Of a stretch of DNA of 64,000 bases, positions 14,218-26,443 are shown piece by piece (the first letter of the stretch is position 1; each line of letters opens with the position of its first letter). The notes below the pieces were generated by a model, which searched no databases, was not told the DNA's origin, and saw only the letters and a list, made by a program, of their open reading frames with translations. Source of the DNA: Eledone cirrhosa (lineage: Eukaryota); assembly GCA_964016885.1 (NCBI GenBank), contig OZ024744.1:92008001-92072000 (forward strand), in the 5' to 3' direction. The position numbers and the translations under genes are program-made.

Positions 14218-16688
14218 AAGGGGGATGTTATCGATAATTTCAGGCCCATAACCCTGCTAAACGCAGAGTTCAAGATTTTGGCCAAGGTGTTAGCAACGAG
14301 GTTAGCGCTTGTCGTCAAGGGTCTGGTTGGAGAGGCGTAGACATACGCCATTCCGGACAGATCCATACACAACAACCTCCACCTCATGCGATACATCATA
14401 GAGAGGGTGGTTAAGAAACCTGGCACGAGTGGGCTGATCAACTTGGATCAATCCAAAACATTCGATAGGGTCGACCATCGGTACCTGGCGGCGGTCCTCG
14501 AGGCAGCCGGTTTCGGGTCCGTTTTCAGGGGTTGGATCACAGTGATGTACAGCAACATCTGCTCAGTTGTGAGGGTGAACGGTCACCTGTCGCAACCGTT
14601 CAGCATCATGCGCTCAGTCCGCCAGGGTTGTCCCCTCTCGTCCCTCTTGTACGTATTGGCTCTCGAGCCGTTACTGCACAAACTGGGGGCGATGAGGGGC
14701 GTCCCATGCGAACTAGGAAGCGGGAAATCCGAGTCGGCTTACGCTGACGTGGTGGTGTCGAGCACCAGACACGTCCAGATGCTCGGCACCGCTCTCAAGG
14801 AACACGAAGCGGTGACAGGAGCAAAAATAAACCAGGAAAAGTCGGTGGGCTTGCAACTCGGCACCTGGAGAGGCAAGTCCATGCCGTCCGACAGCGTCGT
14901 GGGGCGTGGGACGGATGGACCGGTTAAATTGCTCGGGGTCTGGTTCGAACCGGACCTCCAGATGGAGAAAAACTGGAACGAGGTGACGAGCAGGGTGGCC
15001 TCCCTCACCCAGAAATGGGCCGAGAGGAAGCTGTCCTTGAAAGGTCGGACGGAGGAGGCGAATGCGTACATCGCATCCGTCATCTGCTACCGCCTCACCG
15101 ACGTCCCTTGCTCCGGCCCAACTCTCATCAAAATGGAGCGCCTCCTCTTCCGATTTTTGTGGAAGGGACGCGCTTCCATGGTCAGACGATCCATCTGCTG
15201 TCAACACCCGTTGCGTGGAGGACTGGGCATGCCATGGCTGATGATGCGCAAACATGCGCTGAGGCTGCGACATCTCTGGTGCTTCCTTGACGGTGAACAG
15301 GTGTGGTCGCCGTTCGCCAGGCACGTTTTCCCACAGCTCGTCTTCTTGACGGAGCTGCAGTCCTGGGTCAGAAAATGACCGAGGGATAGCGCTTGGAAAC
15401 TGGAATGTCTCCAGGCGCTCACTGCCCTCTCCCAGCTGGGCACCAGTATCGGTGGAACATCCACCTCGGCGTTCTATAGAGGACTATTGGAGGGGAAGAG
15501 CGACGACATTCTCGGAGAGATCCTGGGCGTCGAAGAAGATCAGCTGTTTTCTCTCTTCCTGAGAACTTTCAGCCCGGGGCCTATGGATAACTTCCAAAAA
15601 TCCCTGGCCTGGCAGTGCTACCGGGGAGCGCTGCCGGTTCGAGATAAGCTCTACAGGCACGGAAGTGCCGTCAGCTGAGCCTGTCCGAGATGCGCGCATA
15701 GCGACGAAACCGTTGTGCACGCACTCGTTCAGTGCCCGAGCATTGCTGACTTGTGGGGCTATGTCGAACAGTTGCTGTCGCGTGTGGGACTGATCAGGTT
15801 GTCGACTGAGTCCATTGTGCAGATGGTCTCACCGTCTTCCTTCGAGGAGGAAGGGCAGGTGGTTTTCATCTGCCTGGTGGCCATGGCGAAAGAGAGTGTG
15901 TGGTGGACAAGGTTAAAAGGGTTAAAGACAGACACTTTCCTCTTCGGCGAATCCCTAATTAACTTTTTCAAGTTTCACTTGAAGAGGAAAATCAGGGTGG
16001 AGAGGCAAGTGCTGCCTTCTAGCAAGTTTGTTGAAAGGTGGGTGAATGTAGCGAGAATGGTCCGAGTGAATATACTCTGAATATACGTCTGTAGTTTGAG
16101 AGATGGAAAAATTGGGAGAGGGCGCTTGCCCTGGTAGTCAGGGTGGCCGTGGTCTTTTGTGTGGTTTTCGACACGAGTAACCCTATCGGGCAATGTGATC
16201 GGTGGAAACTCCACCTTGGCGTTCTATAGGGGATTAGTGGAGGGGAAGAGCGACGACGTACTTGGAGAAACTCTAGGCGTCGACGAAAATCAACTAGCCA
16301 ATCTCTTCGGAAGGACTTTCGGGCCGGGGCCTATGGACAACTTCCAGAAATCCCTGGCCTGGCAGTGCTACCGAGGAGCTTTGCCAGTTCGGGATAAACT
16401 CTACAGGCATGGAGGTGCCGTCAGCCGGGCATGTCCGAGATGCGCACAGGGCGACGAAACCGTCCTGTACGCACTCGTCCAGTGTCCGAGCATTGCTGAC
16501 TTGTGGGTTTATGTCGAACACCTGCTGTCACGCGTAGGACGGATCCAGCTATCAGCTGAGTCCATCGTGAGGATTGCCCCGCCCTCTTCCTTTAGCCGGG
16601 AAGGGCAGGCAGTTTTTATCTGTCTGGTGGCCATGGCGAAAGAGATAGTATGGTGGACACGTTTGAAAGGGCTGAAGACGAGCACTTT
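14218..16688 (+). mobile_element. Tx1-clade ORF2 3' half (distinct subfamily) followed by a second, diverged 3' segment (16196-16688)
   Basis: 330-aa ORF with LDQSKTFDRVDH, VRQGCPLS, AYAD; C-terminal CPRC..ETV..A..C; 16196-16688 repeats about 15448-15940. Confidence 0.85.
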
Positions 16689-19024
16689 GATGATCTTTTG
16701 AATCAGCCGTCTGTCGTCAGTGAAGATTTCCTCAATCTCATTCCAGAAAGTCCTGTGAAAGTAGCTCTCGCAGAACCTCCGACGCTTGTGGAGGTTGCAG
16801 TGGCTATTTCGAAGCAGAACAGTGGAAGATCTCCAGGTATGGATGGCATGCATGCTGAGCTCCTACAATATGGTGGTGAGAGGCTCCTGCAACATCTTCA
16901 CTCTTTGTTTGGCAGGATATGGGCTAATGAATCCGTACCTGAGGACTGGAGGGATGCAGTAATGGTGGACTTGTACAAGGGAAAGGGTAACAGGAATGAT
17001 TGTGGGAACTACATTGCTTTCTGTCGTAGGGAAAGTTTTATGTAGGGTGCTTCTGGACCGGCTGCTGACACACATTGCAGATTGTGTTCTTCCTGAAAGT
17101 CAATCTGGTTTTCGTGTTGGACGCTGCACTACTGATATGATCTTCTCAGCTAGACAGCTCAAGGAGAAGTGCATGGAACAAGGTTTGGATCTGTATCAGG
17201 TTTTTGTCGATCTGACAAAAGCTTTCGATACTGTTAACAAAGATGCATTATGGAAGGTTCTCCAGAAACTTGGTTGCCCTGATAAGTTCCTAGCTTTAGT
17301 TATGTCTTTTCATGACGACATGAAGGCTTGGGTTAATGTCGGAGCCTATCTCAGTAAAAAATGGAGTGAAACAGGGGGATATTCAAGCACCGACCCTGTT
17401 TGCCATATACTTTGCAATGGTTTTCTATATTGCATTCAGGAATTGCGGCATGGTGTTTACATCCGATATCGAACCTCAGGCAGCATATTTAACATCAGGC
17501 GCTTTGCTGCAAAAACAAAAGTATTTACATCAATCATAAGAGACCTCTTGTATGCAGATGATTGCGATCTTGTAGCGCGCACAGAGAGTCATGCAGCACA
17601 TTTTGAATGTATTTTCTGATGCTTGCACTGCCCTAGGATTGACTGACAGTCTCAAGAAAACCGTCGTAATGTACCGACCTGCTCCAGGTAAGCAGTACAG
17701 TGAACCAAATATCTATGTGTATGGTAAACAACTTGGAGTGGTTGATCAGTTTGTATACCTGGGAAGCACGTCAATTGATACAGCACCCTTGATAATGAAA
17801 TCCCACTAAGGATTAGGAAAGCAAGTGATGCTTTCGGAAAGCTAGAAAGGCAACTCTGGGGTCGGCGAGACATATGCAAGAAGACAAAGGTAAAGGTGTT
17901 CAAGGCATGTGTGCTCTCGTCTCTTCTTTATGCCTGCGAGACCTAGGTCACATATCGACACCACCTTAAGCAATTGGAGCGTTTCCATTAGATGTGTCTC
18001 AGACGGATCCATGGCGTTCACTGGAAAGACCACATCAGTGATGTCGAGATTTTGGAAAGCTCTATGTGTGATAGTATAGAAGCTCTTGTGCTTAAGCAAC
18101 GTCTCCGTTGGAGTGGTCACCTTGCCAGGATGAAGGATTCTAGAATACCAAAACAACTCTTTTATGGAGAGTTAGTTAAAGGAAAACGACCGCCACATAA
18201 ACCCCAAAAGAGGTATAAGGGTTCCTTGAAAGCCTCTTTGAAAGACGCTAACATCTCTACTGCTACATGGGAAAATATTGCTGCTGATCGTAATAAATGG
18301 AGAAAGATTGTATATGAGGGAAAAGTTGCCTTTGAGGCATCTCGAATCGCATTCGAGGAAGTAAAGCGGGATGTGAGAAAGAGCATTGCTGTTGCACTTC
18401 CAGACGGCGAGGGTCCTCCTATGGTGCTGACATGCAGCGTCTGTGCGAGACTCTGCCTAAGCAAAGCTGGACTCGAAAGTCATCTTCGCAGCCAGAAAGT
18501 AAGACCAGTGGTTGACTACCAGGCTGCTGTTGGAGATGCTACTCATCATGCTTGCCAAACATGTGGTAGAGAATGTAAATCAGCAGGAGGGCTCAAACGA
18601 CATGCAAAAGTATATGAACTCCAAACACAGCCGGCTATTCCCAGTGAATGATTTGGTTGCCGACTCTGTGCAAGATATTTTAGATCATTGGCTGGGCTAA
18701 AAAGCCACATTCGATCGCAGCGCTGTTAATTGCTATCGTGTGTGTATGTATAGATATGTTTATGTGTCTGCTTGTGTGTGTGTATATATATATATGTATA
18801 TTATTATTGTTGTTGTCGTTATTATTATTGTTGTTATTATTATTATTGGCAACATGACCCTCCCAAAGTATAAGAATATCGTTTTCAACACACGTTTTCA
18901 GATAAAGAATCTTGCGAAACAAATTCAGAAACGAATTATTATTATTGTTATTATTATGTTGTTTTTTTTCTCGTGCAATGGCCATACTCGATAACGAGGG
19001 GGCAGCCATCATGTATGTATGTAT
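16680..19024 (+). mobile_element. RTE-clade LINE, 5'-truncated and decayed, with C2H2 Zn-finger C-terminus and (TATG)n tail
   Basis: SPGMDG, ESQSGFRVGR, FVDLTKAFD, GVKQG, LLYADD, RLRWSGHL.RM..RIPKQLFYGEL; fingers CSVC..HLRS and CQTC..HAKV; 3' end GGCCATACTCGATAACGAGGGGGCAGCCATC(ATGT)n. 18740-18960 is inserted microsatellite and PLE-end sequence. Confidence 0.88.
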
Positions 19025-19320
19025 CACGGCACAGGCATTGCTTTATATCTGGAGATCTCTCTGCACTTGTCGTCACATGGTACCATGGGCCCAGCACTAT
19101 GTGTCAATAATTGTCACAAGTGTAGTGTTTGTACCAGAGTTTTCAAGTCGCTGGCTGGACTAAAAAGTCACACTCGTTCAGCGCATCGGTAGGGGTTCTC
19201 CTACATGGATATAAAGTAGTGGCCGTACTCGAAAACGAGTTGGCAGCCACCATGTATGTATGTATGTATGTATGTATGTATGTATGTATGTATGTATGTA
19301 TGTATGTATGTATGTATGTG
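19025..19320 (+). mobile_element. 5'-truncated non-autonomous RTE derivative with (TATG)n tail
   Basis: Nearly identical to the 3' third of the 54468-56359 units. Confidence 0.85.
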
Positions 19321-19442
19321 AATATGTTCTGGTTTTATAATTTTATAATTTTTTGCCAATAGAGAGAGAATCAGTTCCTAACATAGACATAAGTCTCTCT
19401 CATTGGAATTTACACAACATCAACTAGGTAGATATGTATGTA

Positions 19443-19980
19443 CGGTCACTCTTGAGTGCTACTGGTAACATGTAACCCAGTACAACCTGTCTCATTTTCG
19501 GGCGTCGGCGACTAAACCGGCAATCCCACCAAGCTTGCTTGGTGAGGGGGCGAGGAGGGGTGGTGGTGATATTTGGACACCCCGCGGGGGATGAAATACA
19601 AGACCCGGTAAAGGGCGGAGGAACACAGCAGAGTCAATGGCCATCCAAATAGTAGTTGTTGTTTTTTTTTTTCACCTGGGAGTGAAAGGCCCCCTGTTGT
19701 CACAACACCTTTCTAAGAGAGGGAAACTCTGGAAATAAACCTACGGCGTCGGAAGCCTCTGATGATGTTGACCAGTTCTCCTTTTCGGGTAGTGTTTTCG
19801 AGAGTGGGATTGGTCGAGTGCAAGGCCTTTCCACACTTAAAAAACCTTCAAAGCACAGGCATTGCTTGTTCAGGACATGTTACAGGTTTGTGTGGCTGCC
19901 CATGGCCTAAAGGTGCACAATTTTCTGTAATCTGACAAGCGATTACAATACTCTTAGCAGGGTTTGCAGCCATCATGTAT
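19443..19980 (+). mobile_element. Second non-autonomous RTE derivative (5' UTR joined to 3' end)
   Basis: 5' part homologous to the 54468-56359 units (TACTGGTAACATGTA.CCCAGTACAACCTGTCTCAT); ends GCAGCCATCATGTATG. Confidence 0.7.
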
Positions 19981-21182
19981 GTGTGTGTGTTTATGTATGT
20001 GTGCATGTATGCATATATGTATGTATATGTGTATGTGTATATGTATGTGTATGTGTATATATATATGTGTGTAATGCATGTATATGTATGTATGTCTGTT
20101 ATATGTCTGTATGTCTGTATGTTTGTATGTGTATGTGTGTATGTATGTATCTGTATGTATGTATGTATGTGCGTGTGCGTATATGTATGTATGTATGTGT
20201 GTATGTGTGTATGTATGTACGTGTGCGTGTGTGTATGTAAGTATGTATTTATTAGTGTATGTATGTAGTGTGTGTAATGTATATGTATATTTATGTATGT
20301 GTGTGAGTGTGTGTGTATGTATGTGTGTATATTGAACAATGAAAATAAAACCAAAGTCAAAGATAGGTTCTTATTTAGTTCGTTGTATTACGATCGTTTC
20401 AGAGGGTTGATTCACCAGTATATTGATTAGCAGGGGGTGGTTATGTCATAACCACTTCTAGAGCAGACTGTACCGCTGATTATATCAACTGGAACATTCG
20501 TCGTCGGAATCGGAATTGACGGAGATCCTACACATACACACAGACACACACATAACACACACACAAACATACACACCACACACACATACATACACACTAC
20601 ACCACACATATACACAACACACACTCAAACACACACGCACATACACAGGCACACACACAAACACACACACCACACAGACACACACACACAAACACACACA
20701 CATACACATACACACGCATACACACACAAACACACACATCACACACACGCATATACACACATACACACACACCACACGCACACATACACACACCACACAA
20801 ACACACGCACATACACATACACACACACAAACACACATACACCACACACATACACATACACACAAACAAACACATACACACACGCAACACACACACACAC
20901 ACACACACACGAACACACACCACACGCACACACGCGCGCACACATACACACACACAACAACACACACACAACACACATACACACAATAACACACACACAT
21001 ATACTGAAACACACACACATACACACAAACAAACACATACACACACACGCCACACACAATAACACACTCACACACACGCACACACATACACACAATAACG
21101 CACACACATACACACAGATACACACACATATATACCAACACAAACACAGACACACACACACCAACACACACACAATAACACA

Positions 21183-21213
<31 letters not shown>

Positions 21214-21310
21214 GCGCACACCCACACGCATACCAACACACACACACACATACAGAAACAAACGCGCACACGCGAGCGTACATACGCATTCACACAGGTG
21301 CATAAACACA
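19976..21310. repeat. Degenerate (TG/TATG)n and (CA)n low-complexity tracts
   Basis: 19976-20330 is TG-rich and 20530-21310 is CA-rich. Confidence 0.9.
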
Positions 21311-22114
21311 TACTTACACGATAGATCGATCGATCGAATCGAACAAGAGTGTGTAGCGGGTGGGGGGGGGGGGGGGTCTGGTCGTATCCCCCCCTCCCCT
21401 CCCTCAAATGTTTCCATTGGTCTTTCCATTGCTGATACTATCTACCGGTCGCAACTCCAGGTAGAAAGAGCAACGTGAAATAAAGTGTCTTGTTCAAGGC
21501 AGAGGTATAACTAGAGTATGGTAAACATGGCATGAGCCATGGGCGCAACTTGAAGGGAATAGGAGCACATTCTATTAAAGTCAGATAAGCTACTGTCGGA
21601 GAGTGGAAAAAAAAAGAAACTTCTTCAGATGTCTGATCTGTCTTTGATTATCACTGCCCTTTTTTTGTAATGTGGGCACCAATGTAAATTAGCGTTTACG
21701 GTCCACCTGGTGATGAGCCATATCGTTGTAACCAGGTCAAGATGTTTCTTCATCCCATCTTGGCATAGAGTTTCAGCTCGTCCACAAAGAAATTATGCGT
21801 TAGGTATTTCTGTCCTCCTGTGAGCCAATGATGTATCCCTCACATTTGTTGAGCAGAAAGGACAAGGGGTTTAATGACAAGATGAATAATATCACTGAAA
21901 TATACCATTTATATAAATTATTGAGCCTCCATAGCTAAAAACTAAAGAATACAGTGCTGGGAACTACATGACCGCATAGTCATACCTCATAGTATGACTT
22001 GTCAAATATTCTACTAGGGTTTTAATATTTTGCCAAAGATCAGTATTACACAGATCACTCCCTTTAACTACACAAACACTTTTGCAAATACTTCACGTAT
22101 ACTTAGGAATAAAG

Positions 22115-22402
22115 CAGCTATGGGCAACCTATTTCGAGAAGCGGGCCACATGAGATATGGCTCATCACCAGGTGGACCGTAAGCGCTAATTTACATTGGT
22201 GCCCACATTACAAAAAAAGGGCAGTGACTATGTTTTGATTTCTTTCTTCAGAATTCGTACACCTTGTTTTCCTCGATCGTAAAAATGATAGAAAGATAAA
22301 TTACGACTGAAAAGTTGGGGTAAAAAAATCAGAAAGATTTCACTTAGGTGACTTAGGCGAGCCATTCAAAAAGCTTCGCGGGCCGCAGGTTGCCCATGAT
22401 TG
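22115..22402. mobile_element. hAT-type MITE
   Basis: TIRs CAGCTATGGGCAACCT / AGGTTGCCCATGATTG; 8-bp TSD GAATAAAG (22107-22114) / GCATAAAG (22403-22410). Confidence 0.75.
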
Positions 22403-22581
22403 GCATAAAGGATACCTGTAGAACAAATGAAAATGTCAAATATTTGGACAGAGGCACAATTTCACTGCTTGCCATAGGGAGACTTGCCAACCTCTAAAAA
22501 CCCAAACGGGAGAGTACCATGAAGAAAAAAAATAACCCAAAACGGGGAGAAACGAAGCAAAATAGGGATATTCTACATAAT

Positions 22582-22760
22582 TGTTCCTACTTTTGGCACA
22601 AGGCCAGCAATTAACCAGTGCATTACTGGTACTTTATTTTATCGACCCCGTAAGGATGAAAGGCAAAGTCAACCTCGGCGGGATTTGAACTCAGATCGTT
22701 AAGGGACGTAACTATGCTGGAAAGCATGGCGTCCGACCCCCTACTGATACTGCCAATTCA
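22582..22760 (-). mobile_element. tRNA-derived SINE
   Basis: Reverse complement of 62439-62623, including box B GAGTTCAAATCC. Confidence 0.85.
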
Positions 22761-22888
22761 CAATGAGAGAGAGACAGGAAGAGAGAGGCAGACATAATGA
22801 GAGAGAGAGACAAACATATTGAGAAAGAGAGAGAGACAGACAGACTGCAGACATAATGAAAGAGAGAGAGAGTGAGAGAGAGAGAGAC

Positions 22889-23075
22889 AATTGTTTCTAC
22901 TTTTGGTACAAGGCCAGCAATTATCCCAGTGCATTACTGATACTTTATTTTATCAACCCCGTAAGGATGAAAGGCAAAGTCAACCTCGGCGGGATTTGAA
23001 CTCAGATCGTTAAGGGACGTAACTATGCTGGAGAGCATGGCGTCCAACCCTCTACCGATACTGCCAATCCTCCGC
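22889..23075 (-). mobile_element. tRNA-derived SINE (second adjacent copy)
   Basis: Same family as 22582-22760. Confidence 0.85.
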
Positions 23076-23076
23076 T

Positions 23077-23291
23077 CACAAGAGGAGACATCTCTCACTC
23101 ACTCTAAAGTGGGTGGGAGATCTCCCCGTCTGACAGGGTGAGTTGACATTTCTGCATAGGCAACATTTTCCCCTAGATATGCCTCTGTGGCATATCTAGG
23201 GAAATAACGCATTAGCCGGTCGGGTTTGGGTATCGAACTCGCAACCTCGCAATTGCGAATCCAACTCTTTAACCAGTAAGCCGCGCGCCTT
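23077..23291 (-). mobile_element. Different tRNA-headed SINE-like element
   Basis: Minus strand begins GGCGCGCGGCTTACTGGTTAAAG...GAGTTCGATACC (box A/B-like); internal palindrome CCCTAGATATGCC-TCTGT-GGCATATCTAGGG. Confidence 0.6.
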
Positions 23292-23378
23292 CACACACAC
23301 ACACACACACGCACGCGCGCACACACACACGCACACGCCTACACACACTACGCACACGCGCTCACACACACACACACA

Positions 23379-23479
<101 letters not shown>

Positions 23480-23645
23480 TTATAAACCCGTAGAGAAAAT
23501 ATTTATTATAAGAACAGACTCAAGTTTAAGCAAAGAATCGCTGCTTTCACCCTTAACGGGATCTTCTGATCTATTATTTTTATCTAAAGACATTTTTTCC
23601 AATTCCATTCCGCCCGTCCCCTCAATCTATCTTATTTCTCATTCT

Positions 23646-23681
23646 TCTTCTGATGAACGACTAGAGTCCGAAACGTTAAGA
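23646..23681 (+). ncRNA. Minimal hammerhead ribozyme motif in a PLE-tail-like repeat (about 23575-23760)
   Basis: TCTT-CTGATGA-A-CGAC TAGA GTCC-GAA-ACGT-T-AAGA; sister copy at 62153-62188. Confidence 0.6.
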
Positions 23682-23763
23682 CCCTCTTCCTGCTATATCA
23701 AGCGTTAACCTAATATATTCCTTCCTATACCGATTGTGTTGTTATTTCTGTTTACCTTTTACA

Positions 23764-23852
<89 letters not shown>

Positions 23853-23859
23853 TAATAAT

Positions 23860-24020
23860 GGTTTCTTATATAGGCACAAGGCCAGTAATTTTGGGGGTGG
23901 GAAAAATCGCTTAAATCGACCCCAGTACGTTACTGGTACTTTATTTTATTCACCCCCCGTAAGGATGAAAGGCAAAGTTAACCTCGGCAGGATTTGAACT
24001 CAGATCATAAAGGACCGTAA
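23860..24020 (-). mobile_element. tRNA-derived SINE
   Basis: Core GGATGAAAGGCAAAGTTAACCTCGGCAGGATTTGAACTCAG. Confidence 0.8.
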
Positions 24021-24249
24021 CAATGAGGGAAAGAAAAGAAAAAATAGTGAGGAGAGAGGAAGAAAGAGGAAAAAGGAAAGAGAAAAAAAACGAAGTAAAC
24101 AAACCGAATGGAATTGGGACACAGAGCAATGGCACATGCAAGTGAGTAACCGAGGAACATATATAATAAGTTACAACGAACCGATTAGACCTAAGTCTTG
24201 TGGTCGAATAACAAGGGGCGATGTTGTTCCGTGCGATCTCAGTAGAGTG

Positions 24250-24301
<52 letters not shown>

Positions 24302-24632
24302 GCAACCGGAATTGAGAGGGGAAAGGGAAAGGGAGATAATCCAAAAGCGTTTTACGACATGTGTGAAATATGTTACTGTAAACAAAATTTAAGATGGTAT
24401 TATGGACGAAACAAAAGAAGAACCCCTTCATCAGCTGTTAACTGCAGATCATAGATGTTTCGGCGCTTAAAACAGAACATCGAAAGCAATCAGCAGCGCG
24501 CCCAAGGTCTTTTATCAATCAAAAGGCCACGAGGAAAAGAAAAGAAAATATAGTGAGGAGAGAGGAATAAGATATGACGAGCTTTTGATTCCAGAGTCGG
24601 ACCAGATCGATACAGATAGAACCTTGCGGACG

Positions 24633-24785
24633 TCATGCTTTGCAGTATAGAGTTACGGGCCTTTCCGATCTGAGTTCAAATCCCGCCTTGGTTAACTTTG
24701 CCTTTCATCCTTACGGGGTCGATAAAATAAAGTACCAGTAATGCACTGGGTAATTGCTGGTATTGTGCCAAAAGTAAAAACAATT
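24633..24785 (+). mobile_element. tRNA-derived SINE, 5'-truncated
   Basis: GAGTTCAAATCCCGCC..TTTGCCTTTCATCCTTACGGGGTCGATAAAATAAAGTACCAG. Confidence 0.85.
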
Positions 24786-24868
24786 ATTGTATTACACTTT
24801 CTCTTACTCTTCACCTCGATACTGAGTCTTCACCTGGGTGAACCTACAGTAACTTCGTGTTATACTCC

Positions 24869-24971
<103 letters not shown>

Positions 24972-25073
24972 TATATTTACCAACATATGCGTACAGACGT
25001 ACACTAATGCTAGCAAATACACAAGTTATGTCATAGTACCTAGGTGGTTCAATGCAGGAGGATGCAGAACAAT

Positions 25074-25193
25074 TATATGAAAGACGTAAAATAAGAAAAT
25101 TTTAAAAATTAAAAATTAACTTACTTACTAAAATTTTAGTAAGTAAGTTAATTTTTAATTTTTAAAATTTTCTTATTTTACGTCTTTCATATA
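25074..25193. repeat. 120-bp perfect AT-rich palindrome with no spacer
   Basis: Arms mirror about 25133/25134. Confidence 0.9.
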
Positions 25194-25198
25194 TATAT

Positions 25199-25480
25199 AC
25201 AGGGGGGAAGAAAAAATGGCTTCACTTGTGCTTTCAACAAATTTATTTTCTTCACAGAATCCAAAAAGAATTTTTTTCCGGATTAGAAAAAAATTTTTTC
25301 TTAAAAAAAATTATTTTATAAATTAAGTTGTTGGTTGTTGGTTAGGTCTTAGGAGTTCTTGGTTAACGTAGGAGGTATTGTTTCGTTTTTAGAACGACCT
25401 TTCACGCTGAGGTGCGCTTGTCAAACTGATGTGTATGTGGTGTGTTGTTCCATATATAGGGATTTAATATGTCTGTGGTG
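25199..25480. repeat. Left arm of about 282-bp inverted repeat (partner 33227-33512) enclosing the ribozyme array
   Basis: Reverse complement matches 33227-33512 with few substitutions. Confidence 0.9.
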
Positions 25481-25970
25481 TGGTGGGGGTTTCTTTTCTC
25501 CCCCGATAATAAGTGTATGGGTGTAGGTGTGTTGAAAAAGTGTTAATAGCAGTAATGAGTTGAGACGGTGAGTAGGGTTGGGTGGGGAGAAATGTAGCAA
25601 GTGCGGCCTGCCCCGGTCATTCTCGAAAAATTCCTTTATTCAGGGGAAAAAGCTTTTAGTATTCCTTTTGTGTTGAGAATGGTCACAGGCAAATCGCACC
25701 TGCCAAGTTTGTAAATAATTATTTTTTTCTTTTTTTCTGAAGAATTTTTCTACGTCCATCCCAAAATTAGTCCTTTGTTCAACACACACATATGTGCGTA
25801 TATACGTACATGCACACACGGGCATATGTAGGAATATATAGGCACACACCATCAATCACACACCCATGAACAAATACATCCACATACATACACAAAAACA
25901 TATAGAGACACATATAAAAACACATATACACATACGTACACACACGAATATGTACTCATACCTCCACATG

Positions 25971-26049
<79 letters not shown>

Positions 26050-26093
26050 ACATATACATATACACGCATATACACATACATACATATACACAT

Positions 26094-26136
<43 letters not shown>

Positions 26137-26218
26137 CATATACATACATATACATACATACACATACATATACACACATAAAGATACATAACTAAATATA
26201 CATATATACACATACACG

Positions 26219-26249
<31 letters not shown>

Positions 26250-26251
26250 GT

Positions 26252-26290
<39 letters not shown>

Positions 26291-26383
26291 TATGTCCGTA
26301 TATATACCTCCGTTCACACATACATGCATACACACACACATACACACATACATATATATATACACATATATAGAGAGAGGCAT

Positions 26384-26438
<55 letters not shown>

Positions 26439-26443
<5 letters not shown>

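Noticed and set aside
23205-23291. tRNA gene on the minus strand
   Set aside because: Box A/B-like motifs are present, but there is no intact acceptor stem or cloverleaf; better explained as a SINE head.
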